Below, piece after piece: positions 17,242 through 26,235 of a stretch of DNA of 64,000 bases. Within the stretch, counting starts at the first letter, position 1, and each line of letters opens with the position of its first letter. The stretch is taken from the NCBI GenBank assembly GCA_946404865.1, contig CAMJFC010000009.1, forward strand, positions 481 to 64,480, written 5' to 3'. Under the pieces are notes generated by a model. It was not told where the DNA came from. It saw only the letters and a program-made list of their open reading frames with translations, and ran no database searches. This DNA comes from an uncultured Prevotellaceae bacterium (GTDB lineage Bacteria; Bacteroidota; Bacteroidia; Bacteroidales; Bacteroidaceae). The translations under genes were made by a program, and so were the position numbers.

Positions 17242-19769
17242 TCGTTTCCGGCACCTGTGCCCTTGTATTTTGATCGGGTGGCATTGAAATTGTAGTTCAG
17301 GGTCACCCCTACACATTGTGTATAACTATAGACATCCTGGGCCGTTTGACCGATGGCATAGTAAGTGGTCACCTTCGTTCTGGACGTGCGGAAGATGTCG
17401 TTGGCATACAGCGTGCCCGTCAGTCGTCCTTGTAAGAAACTCTTTTGTAAACGGGCGTTCACCGCGAAGTTGCTGCCTCGGTACATGAATCCCCAATGGT
17501 TGCTGCCAGTATAACTGACTTGCAGTAATGCTTTCGCCGTCTCCCCTAAAACAAACCAAGATTTCAAGTCGAAACTAAATTCGGGCTTATTCAGTTTCTT
17601 CGGCGCACCATACTTCTCGGCGTCGAACATCTGCTGATAATAGTGCAGCGTGGCGGATGGCTGCCAGAAACCAAACTTGGGTGAAACGACAAGTGTGGCA
17701 TAGACACGGTCTTGATGGTCGAAGTTGTCTGGCTGGAATATGCCTATCTCTTTCTCCTCGTCATACACATTGCCGACATGGGTGAAAAAGTCATTCTCCC
17801 GGGTGAAACCCGTCATGAAGTTCAGCCACGAATAGGTGAGATTGAAGTCGATGCTCTGACGAACCGAAGGGCGCAACAGCGGATTACCACCTTCGTAGAG
17901 CATGCGGCTGTCGTAAATCACAATAGAACTCAACATGTTGTATGGCGGTCGGGTGATGCGCTTGCCATAACTCAGTTGCGCGCCCCACTTGCCCTGCTGC
18001 CATGCGACAGAAAGGTTGGGGAACCAGTCGTTATAGGTACGACTGGGCTCAGGTTGTTTGAAGCCAAACGAACTGTAATCCGTTGATACATGCTCATAGC
18101 GCAAGCCTGCATTCAGACGCCATTGTCCCAGTTGCAACTCATATTGGGCGAAGCCGGCGATATTCTTTTCGTCCATCTCGTTGTCGGCTGTGGGTATGAT
18201 TTCCTCATCGTTATGGTTGCGTCCATGGCTCTCCGTGCTTGTAACCTCCGAACCACCGCTCAGCATGCCTTTCCAGATGGGATAAGTCAGCACCAACTTG
18301 CCAGCCACCATCCTTCGGTCCTCGTTACTCTGAGTGGTGATGGTCCGGTCGCCCAGTTCCTTACTCGACTCCTGCCCGTAAATATGGTCTTCCGATTCAC
18401 GTCGAAGAACGGTGACATTCAAATCGATACCTAATTTTCCCACCTTGCCTACATAGTACGCATTCATTTCCCAGACGGGCTTGTCATGTTCGATGATATC
18501 CGTTTTCAGGTCCACATCGCCAAAGAACGCACTGTTTCTCAGATAATGCTGCTTCATATCTGTGAAGAAACGATTATGGAGCAAATTCTGCGACGAGAAA
18601 CTCAGTCCTAAGGAATGGTCGGCATTGAAGTCATAGCTCATCCCTGCCTTGTATTGAAGAACCGTCCATGTGCTTCTTACCGGCAGGTCCACACTGACAT
18701 TGAACATATCCTTGCTGATGTGCAATTCTTGGTCGAGGTCCTGGTCGTTACTATGATGGCCGAAGTCGAGCGCCACGTTGGCAAAAGCCTCCAATCCTCC
18801 CTGGCGGTACTTCACGGTCAGGTCGTCGTAGTTGCTCAACTTGTTGTTCTGCCGCGTATCAATGGTAGCCATCACACTCAGTCCGTCGCCCTGTATCTTC
18901 AGGGTCTTGATGCGAATGACGGCATTCACCTCAGCGTTGTACTGAGCCCCGGGGGCGGTGATGATGTCCACACTCTTGACATCCACCGACTTCAACAACT
19001 TCAGTTCGCCGGCATTGTTCACTTTCTTGTTGTTGATGTAAATCTCCGGCTCGCCCTTGGCCAGCACCTCGAACTTGCCATCGCGCACTTGAACCATCGG
19101 CATCATCGAGAGCACGTCGTCGGCAGTGCCGATGTCATGGAGGATGGAGTGCTGCACCTCGACCGTCATGCCGCCCGCAGTCATCTTGTATTGCGGCACT
19201 TCGCCCTTGACGACGACCCCTTGCAGCATATAAACCTCCGGTTGCATGGCGAAGGTGCCGAGATGTCCCACGGAAGCGTTCCTTGTCACCGTCTTATAAC
19301 CGATATAGGTAAGTTTGACAATGAGTTGACGCGGTTGGCAAGGGATGACGAAGTCACCATTCTCATTGCTCACGCCCCCAGTAATGAAGGCGGAGTCCTT
19401 GGGCGCGAGGAGCGACACGGTGACATAAGGCAATGGTTTTCCATGCTCATCGACAACGTGTCCTGTCAACTTGGTGTCTGCCTTCTGCACACATTCCACA
19501 TAGATGTCCTTGTCCTCAGACGTGATACGCATGGGATAGAAGCCCACCACCTGCTTGACGGCATCTTTTACTGAAGCTTTCCTCAGCGAAGTGGTCACAG
19601 TGAAATCCTCCAGTTCATCAAAGATGAAATTGATTTTGTAACTGCTTTGTGCGTTATCAATCCAGATGAGCGCCTCGGAGAGAGAGGTGTTCCTGAAGTC
19701 ATGGGTGAGTTGCTGCGCCCCAGCCGTCATGGCAATGAGGCACCATATAATGATGATAAAATGTCTCAT
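17223..19769 (-). CDS. TonB-dependent/outer-membrane beta-barrel with an N-terminal signalling (STN-like) domain
   Basis: Signal peptide; FRNTSLSEAL...INFIFDELEDF extension; carboxypeptidase-regulatory-like domain; PGAQYNAE plug; C-terminal YKGTGAGNEEK. Confidence 0.85.
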   Translation of the reverse strand: MRHFIIIIWCLIAMTAGAQQLTHDFRNTSLSEALIWIDNAQSSYKINFIFDELEDFTVTTSLRKASVKDAVKQVVGFYPMRITSEDKDIYVECVQKADTKLTGHVVDEHGKPLPYVTVSLLAPKDSAFITGGVSNENGDFVIPCQPRQLIVKLTYIGYKTVTRNASVGHLGTFAMQPEVYMLQGVVVKGEVPQYKMTAGGMTVEVQHSILHDIGTADDVLSMMPMVQVRDGKFEVLAKGEPEIYINNKKVNNAGELKLLKSVDVKSVDIITAPGAQYNAEVNAVIRIKTLKIQGDGLSVMATIDTRQNNKLSNYDDLTVKYRQGGLEAFANVALDFGHHSNDQDLDQELHISKDMFNVSVDLPVRSTWTVLQYKAGMSYDFNADHSLGLSFSSQNLLHNRFFTDMKQHYLRNSAFFGDVDLKTDIIEHDKPVWEMNAYYVGKVGKLGIDLNVTVLRRESEDHIYGQESSKELGDRTITTQSNEDRRMVAGKLVLTYPIWKGMLSGGSEVTSTESHGRNHNDEEIIPTADNEMDEKNIAGFAQYELQLGQWRLNAGLRYEHVSTDYSSFGFKQPEPSRTYNDWFPNLSVAWQQGKWGAQLSYGKRITRPPYNMLSSIVIYDSRMLYEGGNPLLRPSVRQSIDFNLTYSWLNFMTGFTRENDFFTHVGNVYDEEKEIGIFQPDNFDHQDRVYATLVVSPKFGFWQPSATLHYYQQMFDAEKYGAPKKLNKPEFSFDLKSWFVLGETAKALLQVSYTGSNHWGFMYRGSNFAVNARLQKSFLQGRLTGTLYANDIFRTSRTKVTTYYAIGQTAQDVYSYTQCVGVTLNYNFNATRSKYKGTGAGNEEKTRL

Positions 19770-19778
19770 GATGATGTC

Positions 19779-20360
19779 CTATTCGATGGTGACGGTTTCT
19801 CCGGAAAGCGTGAGGTGCACTTTCTCGAAATGGTTGATACGGTCGATAATGTCTTCAATAGAGTCGTTGGCCTCCCAATTCAGGTAGAACCTCAAGGTGC
19901 GCGAGACTTCGCTCTTGAACACGACCTTCACGCCATAGTCGTGGCTGAGTTGCAGCATAATCTGTTGGAGTTCCACATTATTGAACTGCTGGTCATGCTT
20001 TATCGTGTCATTCTCCACCATCGATGCCACGCCTGCTCCAGCCTCTTGGCCATCCACTTCCTGCACGGCCGTTTTTTGTTGGGATACAGCCTGAGTTTCT
20101 TCCTTCGCATCGCCAGACAGCCAGAAATGCTGAATGGCTGCGTAGGTGATGCCCGAGAGTGCAGCCAGAGTAACGATGATGGCAGCCCATCGTATCACCG
20201 GTTTTTGGCGACGTCGATGCTGCCGTTGCGACTTGAATTGTCGCCATTCCTCCTGCACGTCAGGGACGGGAATGGACGTTTCGTTGAGCATCTGGTCGAG
20301 TTGCTCGTCGGTGTATTGCTCCGGGTGGAGCAGCATACGGATTCGGTCTTTGTTCTTCAT
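19779..20360 (-). CDS. Anti-sigma factor, FecR C-terminal-like (DUF4974)
   Basis: Short cytoplasmic N-terminus, one TM helix, FNNVELQQIM..LS..YGV C-terminal domain; directly follows the ECF sigma. Confidence 0.8.
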   Translation of the reverse strand: MKNKDRIRMLLHPEQYTDEQLDQMLNETSIPVPDVQEEWRQFKSQRQHRRRQKPVIRWAAIIVTLAALSGITYAAIQHFWLSGDAKEETQAVSQQKTAVQEVDGQEAGAGVASMVENDTIKHDQQFNNVELQQIMLQLSHDYGVKVVFKSEVSRTLRFYLNWEANDSIEDIIDRINHFEKVHLTLSGETVTIE

Positions 20361-20364
20361 ACTC

Positions 20365-20865
20365 TCATCTGTTGAATTGTTGACGAAGTTTCCTCAGTCC
20401 TTGCACGATGTGCTTGTTGACGGCGGAGAGGCTGATGCCGAGGGAATGTGAGATGTCCTTGTACGACTTCTCATCATCGAAGCGCATGCGGATGACACGT
20501 CCGGTCTGCGGGGTGAGTCGTTCGTCGATGTATTGTTGCACCATCTCGGTCAACTCTTCGTCAGACTTTTCCTGCCATGTCTCGGTCTCGGCATCTTCGT
20601 GTTTCGTCACAAGTTGCAATGTGCTATCCTGTTGCCTTCGCCGTTGTGCAATGATGTTGAGGCAGCGGTTTCTGACGCAAGTGAGCAGGAACGTCCGTTG
20701 CGACTCTTCACGGAGGTTCACGCTGCCGTCCCAGAGGCGTGCGAACACGTCCTGTACGGCATCCTTGGCCTCGTCTTCATCGCCGAGCAGGATGTGGGCC
20801 GCCCTGTACATCCTGCTGTATTCCGAATGGAAAAGTTGTTCAAACTGTCGTTCTCTGTCTTGCAT
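20365..20865 (-). CDS. ECF RNA polymerase sigma-70 factor
   Basis: AKDAVQDVFARLW, VRNRCLN, SYKDISHSLGISLSAVNKHI. Confidence 0.93.
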   Translation of the reverse strand: MQDRERQFEQLFHSEYSRMYRAAHILLGDEDEAKDAVQDVFARLWDGSVNLREESQRTFLLTCVRNRCLNIIAQRRRQQDSTLQLVTKHEDAETETWQEKSDEELTEMVQQYIDERLTPQTGRVIRMRFDDEKSYKDISHSLGISLSAVNKHIVQGLRKLRQQFNR

Positions 20866-21055
20866 CTTTCTCGCGCTGTTTTATCCTATATACAGCCGGA
20901 TATGAAGAATCATTACCCCTATAAGCAGTTTTTTTCAAGAAAAACCGAAAAAAAATTTCCATGCGAGCGTACCAAATCCTTTCATGCCAGCTTGAAAATC
21001 CCTGGCATGTCATCGCACCCTGTCGCATGGAAACTATCGCAAGTTGAAGAATGAT

Positions 21056-21310
21056 TTATTTCTTCTTATAGTCTTCAATTTTCTTCATTTGCTCCTTCAC
21101 CTTTTGGTCTACTTTCTGTATCACCTCAGGTTTCTGTTCGCCGTCTTTGTATTCCTTGATGTAATTGAAATAGACGAACGCGAGCACTGCGGCAATCACA
21201 ATCATGACCACCGACTTAATCAAACAACTGGCCACCTTGCGCAAGAAAAAGAGCGCTACAACCAAAACGGCGACCGAAAAAAGGATATAAGTTAAATTCT
21301 CTGACTCCAC
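21056..21310 (-). CDS. Small two-TM membrane protein
   Basis: Two hydrophobic helices plus a charged tail; GTG start. Confidence 0.65.
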   Translation of the reverse strand: MESENLTYILFSVAVLVVALFFLRKVASCLIKSVVMIVIAAVLAFVYFNYIKEYKDGEQKPEVIQKVDQKVKEQMKKIEDYKKK

Positions 21311-21343
21311 TGGATATAAATTATGAATGTTGAATTTTGAATG

Positions 21344-21382
21344 TTGACGAGTTGTTGAGGACTCAGTCCGAAAAATTGTCGC
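21344..21382 (-). repeat. 39-bp dispersed repeat, copy 1
   Basis: Reverse complement GCGACAATTTTTCGGACTGAGTCCTCAACAACTCGTCAA, embedded in TGAATGT/TGAAGAA heptamers. Confidence 0.9.
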
Positions 21383-21413
21383 TTCGCGATGAAGAATGAA
21401 GAATGTTGAATTG

Positions 21414-22295
21414 TTAGAACAACGACTTGAAAGCAGAGGGAATCATGGTCTGAAACTCCATCCGCTCATGTGTCACGGGATGGTAGAAACAGAGGATGTA
21501 AGCATGCAGACAAAGACGGTGCAACGGGTCGTCGCCATTGCCGTATTTCACATCACCGCAAACGGGATGTCCCATGTCGGCGCAATGCACACGAATCTGG
21601 TTCTTACGCCCCGTCTCCAGGCTGAACTCCACCAAAGAGTGCTCCGTGGTGCGGTTGAGCGTGTGGAAATGGGTGACGGCATATTTGCCACCGTTATCGA
21701 CGGGTGATGAATAGGTGACGTAGGCCGCATTGTCTTTGAGCCAGTTGGCGATGGTGCCGCCATCCTCCTCCATCTCGCCCGACACCACGGCCACGTAGCG
21801 ACGGTCATAGACGATATCGTGCCAGTTGTGTTCCAGAATCTGCTCCGTCTCCATATCCTTGGCATAGACCATCAACCCCGAGGTGTCGCGGTCCAACCGA
21901 TGTACAACATGTGCCGTGCAACCCTGTTTCGACTTCCGGAAATAGTCATCGAGCACCGATTTCACATTGAGCGACTTATGTCCCGCAGCCATCGACAGGA
22001 TACCGACATTCTTCTCCACCACAATCAGGTATTGGTCTTCGAACACGATTTTCACATAACGGCTCTTAAACATGTCATTGCGTTTGGTCTTGCTCACGCC
22101 GATTTTCATGCCGGGCTTGAGGGGAAAATCAAACTGTGTCACGGTCTTGCCATTGACGCGGATGCCGCGCCCTTGCAGCGTAGCCTTGATTTTCGTCTTA
22201 CTACCTTTGACATGACCGAGCAGCCAGTCCAACAGGGGTGCCTCCTGCTCCACCACATAGTGGTCGTATTCACCTTTATGATTCACGTATTTCAT
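21414..22295 (-). CDS. RluA/RluD family pseudouridine synthase
   Basis: VHRLDRDTSG, LETGRKNQIRVH, GDVKYG. Confidence 0.95.
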   Translation of the reverse strand: MKYVNHKGEYDHYVVEQEAPLLDWLLGHVKGSKTKIKATLQGRGIRVNGKTVTQFDFPLKPGMKIGVSKTKRNDMFKSRYVKIVFEDQYLIVVEKNVGILSMAAGHKSLNVKSVLDDYFRKSKQGCTAHVVHRLDRDTSGLMVYAKDMETEQILEHNWHDIVYDRRYVAVVSGEMEEDGGTIANWLKDNAAYVTYSSPVDNGGKYAVTHFHTLNRTTEHSLVEFSLETGRKNQIRVHCADMGHPVCGDVKYGNGDDPLHRLCLHAYILCFYHPVTHERMEFQTMIPSAFKSLF

Positions 22296-22377
22296 AGGAA
22301 TGCTTTTTCGCTCGGCAAATGTACATGATTTTTTCTAAACACGAGCCAGTCTGAACCGGATATTTCTTTTTCTTCCG

Positions 22378-23820
22378 TTATTTTTTGATACGTTTGGCCA
22401 AGCCGATGGCACCTGTGGGACAAACCAGACGGCAGAGATGGCAACCAACGCATTTGGTACCGATGATACGGGGCTGTCGGGTCTGCAGGTCAAAACTCAT
22501 GGCCTGATGACCGCCGTCCATGCACGATGTGTGGCAGCGGCCGCAACCGATGCACTTCTCACGGTCGATTTTGGGGAACACCACCGTGCCACGGTCCAAG
22601 TCAGACGGCCGCACGAAATTCGGCAACTGCTCTCCGACAAGGCTCTCCAACCGGTCGATGCCGCGCTCCGACAGATAGTTCTGCAAGCCCAGAATCAGGT
22701 CGTCGATGATACGGTAGCCGTACTCCATCACAGCCGTACACACCTGCACGTTGTGACAACCTAATTGGATGAACTCCAGCGCATCCCGCCACGTCTCGAT
22801 ACCGCCGATACCACTCAGTTGCACCTTTTTCATCAGCGGATTGGCAGCCATCTCGTAAATATAGCGCAGGGCGATGGGTTTCACCGCCCGTCCCGAATAG
22901 CCCGAGACCGTCTGTCTGTCGCTCACCGCTGACAAAGGCGACATGGTGACGCTCTTGATGGTGTTGATGGCCGAGATGGCATCGGTTCCAGCGAAATAAG
23001 CACCCATGGCAGGCTGGTTGATTTGTGTGATGTTGGGTGTCATTTTGGCGATGACGGGAATCTTGACACTGCGCTTCACATAGGCGGTATAGAACGTCAC
23101 CAACTCAGCATTCTGACCCACATCGCTGCCCATGCCCGCCAGTCGCATCTGCGGACACGAGAAATTCAGTTCCACGGCATCCACGCCGGCCGCTTCGGCC
23201 ATCTTCGCCAGTTCTATCCACTGCTCCTCGGTCTGACCCATAATCGAGGCGATGACGACTTTCGAAGGGTAGTCCTGTTTCAGACGGTGCATGATATCGA
23301 AGTCCACCTCGACAGGATTCTCTGAAAGTTGTTCCATATTGCGGAAGCCCACGAACGAAGTGCTGTCCTTCACGGCATCAAAACGTGGCGACACTTCATG
23401 GATGTCCTGCATGCAGACGGTCTTAAAGAAAACGCCCGCCCAACCTGCGTCGAAGGCTCGTGCCACCATCTCATAGTTGGTACAGACAGCCGAGGAGGCC
23501 AGGAAGAAAGGATTCTCGCAGGGGATGCCTATGAAGTCAATAGCGAGCGAAGGGCTTTCACCTTTGCCCGAGGGGGCAGGAGCGGCAAGGGTTGCCACCA
23601 ACTCACGAATTCTAATGGGCCGGTCATAATGGATACATGCCGCTTCGGCTTGTGTCAGGTCTTCATCCGTACACTCGGCCACCCATTGTTTCGCCAATGC
23701 CTCATTGCCAAAACGGATGGCGCGGATGGCACGGGCAGGGTCGCCATTTTTGCAAACACGGCTACAAGGAGCGTCTGCACAAAGCAGACAGCGGGCAGCC
23801 TCTTCTTGGAAATGTATCAT
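22378..23820 (-). CDS. preA: Dihydropyrimidine dehydrogenase PreA with an extra N-terminal Fe-S segment
   Basis: NPFFLAS, ELNFSCP, AKMTPN, GYSGRAVKPIAL, SGIGGIETWRDA; two C-terminal CxxCxxCxxxC ferredoxin motifs; N-terminal EAARCLLCADAPC. Confidence 0.88.
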   Translation of the reverse strand: MIHFQEEAARCLLCADAPCSRVCKNGDPARAIRAIRFGNEALAKQWVAECTDEDLTQAEAACIHYDRPIRIRELVATLAAPAPSGKGESPSLAIDFIGIPCENPFFLASSAVCTNYEMVARAFDAGWAGVFFKTVCMQDIHEVSPRFDAVKDSTSFVGFRNMEQLSENPVEVDFDIMHRLKQDYPSKVVIASIMGQTEEQWIELAKMAEAAGVDAVELNFSCPQMRLAGMGSDVGQNAELVTFYTAYVKRSVKIPVIAKMTPNITQINQPAMGAYFAGTDAISAINTIKSVTMSPLSAVSDRQTVSGYSGRAVKPIALRYIYEMAANPLMKKVQLSGIGGIETWRDALEFIQLGCHNVQVCTAVMEYGYRIIDDLILGLQNYLSERGIDRLESLVGEQLPNFVRPSDLDRGTVVFPKIDREKCIGCGRCHTSCMDGGHQAMSFDLQTRQPRIIGTKCVGCHLCRLVCPTGAIGLAKRIKK

Positions 23821-23963
23821 CGTCTTTATCAATTGGTTAATAAATATATAATCTTCTGCAAAAGTAAAGAAAAAACAACAATTTAACGAATGTGAATGAT
23901 GAAAAAAATTGAAAAAACAGCAATTACTTTTGTTGTTTCAAGATAATTCATTATTTTTGCACC

Positions 23964-24047
23964 GCAAAGACAACGCTTTTTTTGCATGGCCTACACATCC
24001 TGAAGGTTTTCCTAGGACCGCTATCGGGTGTAGTGCCATGCTTTTTT
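23964..24047 (+). ncRNA. Candidate small RNA
   Basis: TATTTTTG -7 box at 23952-23959; no ORF; long stem GCATGGC-CTACAC...GTGTAG-T-GCCATGC followed by TTTTTT. Confidence 0.5.
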
Positions 24048-24094
24048 ATAGGTAATTCATGACCATTCCATTTACGCGGCAGAGTCGAGTCATT

Positions 24095-24127
24095 AAAAAA
24101 GCCTCAGACCGGGAAGTCTGAGGCTTT
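24095..24127 (-). terminator. Intrinsic terminator of the MFS gene
   Basis: AAAGCCTCAGAC/GTCTGAGGCTTT stem with an A6 run on the + strand. Confidence 0.8.
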
Positions 24128-24162
24128 ATATTTAAGATGATAAATGGTTTCAAATCAGAGAA

Positions 24163-26064
24163 TTACTCATCAACCACGACAGGCTTGTACTTAGGTACGA
24201 GCGTCTTCATGATAATCCAGCCGATGAGGTAAGCCACAGCACATATGCAGAAGACAATCATATAACCTGCTGGTTTTCCGTTAAATCCAAGGGCGTGAAG
24301 TGGAGCCTGTTTGATTTCAGCCCCATGCTCCTCCATCTTCGCCTTGAGCAAATCACCGTCAAGAGCCAATTCAGTGAAGTTCTCACTGTTGTTTACCACT
24401 ATCTCCGCCTTAGCATCCCATACCTTCGCATCAGCCAAGGCTTTCTTGGCACCTTCAGCGTCAGCTAATTCTACGAAAGCTTTCGTCACTTCACCACGCT
24501 CAGCATCTTTCATGTCCTTTCCAGTCTGAGCCAGAATAATCTGTTTCTTGACAGCAGTTTCATCAAAGGTAGAGCCACCCTTCTCTTTCATGCTTTCAAA
24601 CTTAGCTTCCTTGTCATCTAACTGCAAGTCATTAAAACGAGCTTCCACGGCATCATCTCCTTGCGCCAAAAGCTCGGTCTTCAATACGTGCTTATAATTT
24701 TTCACATTCATCTCTATTGGTTTGCCATCGCCCTGACCAGCTATGACATACGTGCCGGCAGCAAAAGTGAACAAAACACCTGATCCCAGGTTGATGAGGA
24801 ACGAACCAACGCCGCCGGCCATGCCGCCAATACCAGTGATGGTAGCGATGGTAGATTTGGGGAACATATCACCCACGGTGGAGAAAATATTGGCCGACCA
24901 ACTCTGGTGAGCAGCGCCCAGAATACCGATGAGAATTATGGGAAACCACGGCGAAATAGTACCGAGTGGTTGTGCCAACAGACCGCCTAAGGGGAAGAAA
25001 GCGAAGATGAGCATCGCACGCATACGTCCGGCATAAGGATTCATGCCACGATTGATGAAATAAGTAGGCAACTTTCCGCCCAAAATGGACAACATGGTAA
25101 TGAGATAAAGCACGAAGATGAGCAACATACCCGTTCCTGATGCAGAAGAGTAGCCATACACATCAGAGATATATGCCGGTGTCCAGAAAAGGAAGAACCA
25201 CCATACGCCATCAGTCATGAATTTACCAACGATAAACGCCCACGTCTGCTTGAAAGTGAAACACTTAAGGAATCCAATGGCCGGTCCCTCATCATTGGCT
25301 GCTTTCGGGTCACCTTCTGTCTCCGCATCTTGGTTGATATAAGTCAGCTCCGCTGAATTCACTTTAGGATTTTTGTTCGGTTTCTTATACAGCCATAGCC
25401 AGAAGAACATCCAAATATATCCAAGTGCACCGATGGTAATAAATGCCATCTCCCACCCGAAGGCCTGAGCAAGGATAGGAATAGACAGCGGTGCTACCAA
25501 GGCACCGACAGAGGCACCATTATTAAATATAGCAGTAGCATAAGCGCGATCTTTCTTGGGGAAGTATTCGGCGGTCACCTTAATGGCAGCAGGAAAGTTA
25601 CCTGCCTCACCCATAGCTAAGACCACGCGGCAGGCTAAGAAGAGCCACACGCTCACAGTGCTTACACCCAGACCTAAATTGGCCGCTGCCTGAATATGTT
25701 CTTTAGCCCCCTCGAAGCCTACGAACCACTCTCCCTGTAAGATTCCACTGGTAGCGATACCGCAAAACGCATGAAGGACAGCACCTGTACTCCACACGAA
25801 GATTGCCCACAGATAACCTTTTTTGGTACCCATCCAATCAACAAACTTACCCGCGAAGAGCATAAACACCGCATAAAAAATAGAGAAGAATGCCGTAATG
25901 GTACCGTAATCTTTATCATTCCAAGAGAATTCTGGAGCGATGAAGTCTTTCCAGGTGAGTGAGAGCACCTGACGGTCCATGTAGTTAACGGTTGTCGCGA
26001 AGAACAACATAGCACAAATAATCCAACGATAGTTGGTCATTTTCGTAGTTTGTACAGGACTCAT
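24163..26064 (-). CDS. MFS transporter, ExuT (hexuronate)-like, with a large soluble insertion
   Basis: NYMDRQVLS, GEAGNFPAAIK...EYFPKKDRA, HQSWSAN motifs; about 150 hydrophilic residues before the last TM helix. Confidence 0.9.
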   Translation of the reverse strand: MSPVQTTKMTNYRWIICAMLFFATTVNYMDRQVLSLTWKDFIAPEFSWNDKDYGTITAFFSIFYAVFMLFAGKFVDWMGTKKGYLWAIFVWSTGAVLHAFCGIATSGILQGEWFVGFEGAKEHIQAAANLGLGVSTVSVWLFLACRVVLAMGEAGNFPAAIKVTAEYFPKKDRAYATAIFNNGASVGALVAPLSIPILAQAFGWEMAFITIGALGYIWMFFWLWLYKKPNKNPKVNSAELTYINQDAETEGDPKAANDEGPAIGFLKCFTFKQTWAFIVGKFMTDGVWWFFLFWTPAYISDVYGYSSASGTGMLLIFVLYLITMLSILGGKLPTYFINRGMNPYAGRMRAMLIFAFFPLGGLLAQPLGTISPWFPIILIGILGAAHQSWSANIFSTVGDMFPKSTIATITGIGGMAGGVGSFLINLGSGVLFTFAAGTYVIAGQGDGKPIEMNVKNYKHVLKTELLAQGDDAVEARFNDLQLDDKEAKFESMKEKGGSTFDETAVKKQIILAQTGKDMKDAERGEVTKAFVELADAEGAKKALADAKVWDAKAEIVVNNSENFTELALDGDLLKAKMEEHGAEIKQAPLHALGFNGKPAGYMIVFCICAVAYLIGWIIMKTLVPKYKPVVVDE

Positions 26065-26235
26065 TTTGATATTTTTTTGATGAAATTAGTTTTAATTCTG
26101 CAAAAGTAATGTTTTTTTTCGGAATAGTCCATAAAAATGTTCACGAAAAAACGAAAGACGCCTAAAAAAGTTGGTCATCACCACGAAAAGCAGTAATTTT
26201 GCACTGATTTTTAGAATATACCTTTAGTAAACATC

